Of a stretch of 64,000 nt of DNA, positions 63,325 to 64,000 are shown piece by piece. The stretch's first letter is position 1; each line of letters begins with the position of its first letter. A program made the position numbers and the translations under genes. Below the pieces are notes generated by a model, which was not told the origin of the DNA, made no database searches, and was given only the letters and a program-made list of their open reading frames with translations. Origin of the DNA: Vulcanimicrobiota bacterium (GTDB lineage Bacteria; Vulcanimicrobiota; Vulcanimicrobiia; Vulcanimicrobiales; Vulcanimicrobiaceae); contig OY970223.1 of assembly GCA_963714015.1 (NCBI GenBank), positions 3,136,001-3,200,000 of the forward strand. Reading direction: 5' to 3'.

Positions 63325-64000
63325 CTAGAGCCGGCGCTGCAGGTAGAACTGAATGTTCGTACCAGCGTTGTACGGCACTTGGAAGGGACCGTTTGCATAT
63401 CCGCCCAGGAAGTTGTCACGCACGCCGGCCACGTACAACGGATTGTTCGGGCTCGGGTATGCGCTTGCGTACGTGCCTGTTTGCGGACCGGAGACACCGG
63501 TTGCAACTGGCTGATACTGCTGGTTCGGGAACCACAGGCCGTAGTGGTTGTTGAAGACGTTCGCGATGTACGCGCCCATCGTCCACGGCGAGCCTTGCGG
63601 CGAGTACTCCAGATCGAGATCCAGATTACCGTGCGCCTTCGTCAACGAGTTACCCGGCAGAGCTGGTTCGTTGTAGCCGCGTGTCGCGTCGATGTTCGGC
63701 GAGAGGTAGTTGCCGGGATTGGCCGGGTCGATGAAAGCCGACGCGTTGTACGGATTGCCCGGGCCGTTGGGTCCGCCCAGCGGCGTTGCAGCGCCGAAGT
63801 TGGTCGCGGGAACCCAGGCATATTGCCCGTTCACGGCGCCGTACGTCTCCGAGCCGACGCCAACCGGGAAGCCCCCGTCGAACGCAAAGATCGGATTGAT
63901 ACGCCAGCCGCTGGCGGTTTTCCAGGTTAGGCCAAGACGGCCTTGGAACGGCGGCAGGAAGTTGCTGCGATAGAGCTGTCCCGCTTGGAATTCGTACGAG
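63325..64000 (-). CDS. C-terminal part of a probable TonB-dependent receptor (starts beyond the window)
   Basis: Beta-barrel C-terminal pattern LDLDLEYS..GAYIANVFN..NIQFYLQRRL. Confidence 0.7.
   Translation of the reverse strand, partial: SYEFQAGQLYRSNFLPPFQGRLGLTWKTASGWRINPIFAFDGGFPVGVGSETYGAVNGQYAWVPATNFGAATPLGGPNGPGNPYNASAFIDPANPGNYLSPNIDATRGYNEPALPGNSLTKAHGNLDLDLEYSPQGSPWTMGAYIANVFNNHYGLWFPNQQYQPVATGVSGPQTGTYASAYPSPNNPLYVAGVRDNFLGGYANGPFQVPYNAGTNIQFYLQRRL

Overview
This is a GC-rich bacterial chromosomal segment. The many 'LAACGGG'-type lipoproteins, TonB-dependent receptors and fhaA/rodA next to def-fmt-rsmB suggest Candidatus Eremiobacterota/Vulcanimicrobiota; this is inference, not a database result. 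Roughly 20 single-base frameshifts fall in otherwise intact genes, typical of an unpolished long-read assembly, so several CDS below were re-joined across frames by eye. Most of the content is housekeeping or metabolic: a PaoABC/YagTSR-type molybdoenzyme, UdgX, SNF2 and Lhr helicases, GH35+galT, a beta-oxidation operon, cfa, def-fmt-rsmB-fhaA-fhaB-PP2C-rodA and hslVU. Four things stand out. (1) A compact RiPP-like locus: a 67-aa CxxC precursor candidate (GCGGCFSG) plus a DUF692/MNIO enzyme with a fused C-terminal partner-like domain (39815-41438). (2) A Cyc2-like cytochrome-porin hidden by frameshifts, in an operon with SCO, two cupredoxins and a two-component system (12447-16523). (3) An AhpE-like peroxiredoxin with in-frame TGA at the peroxidatic position, a probable selenoprotein (24153-24659). 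(4) A candidate structured RNA at 43081-43248. No rRNA, tRNA, CRISPR array or transposase was recognised.
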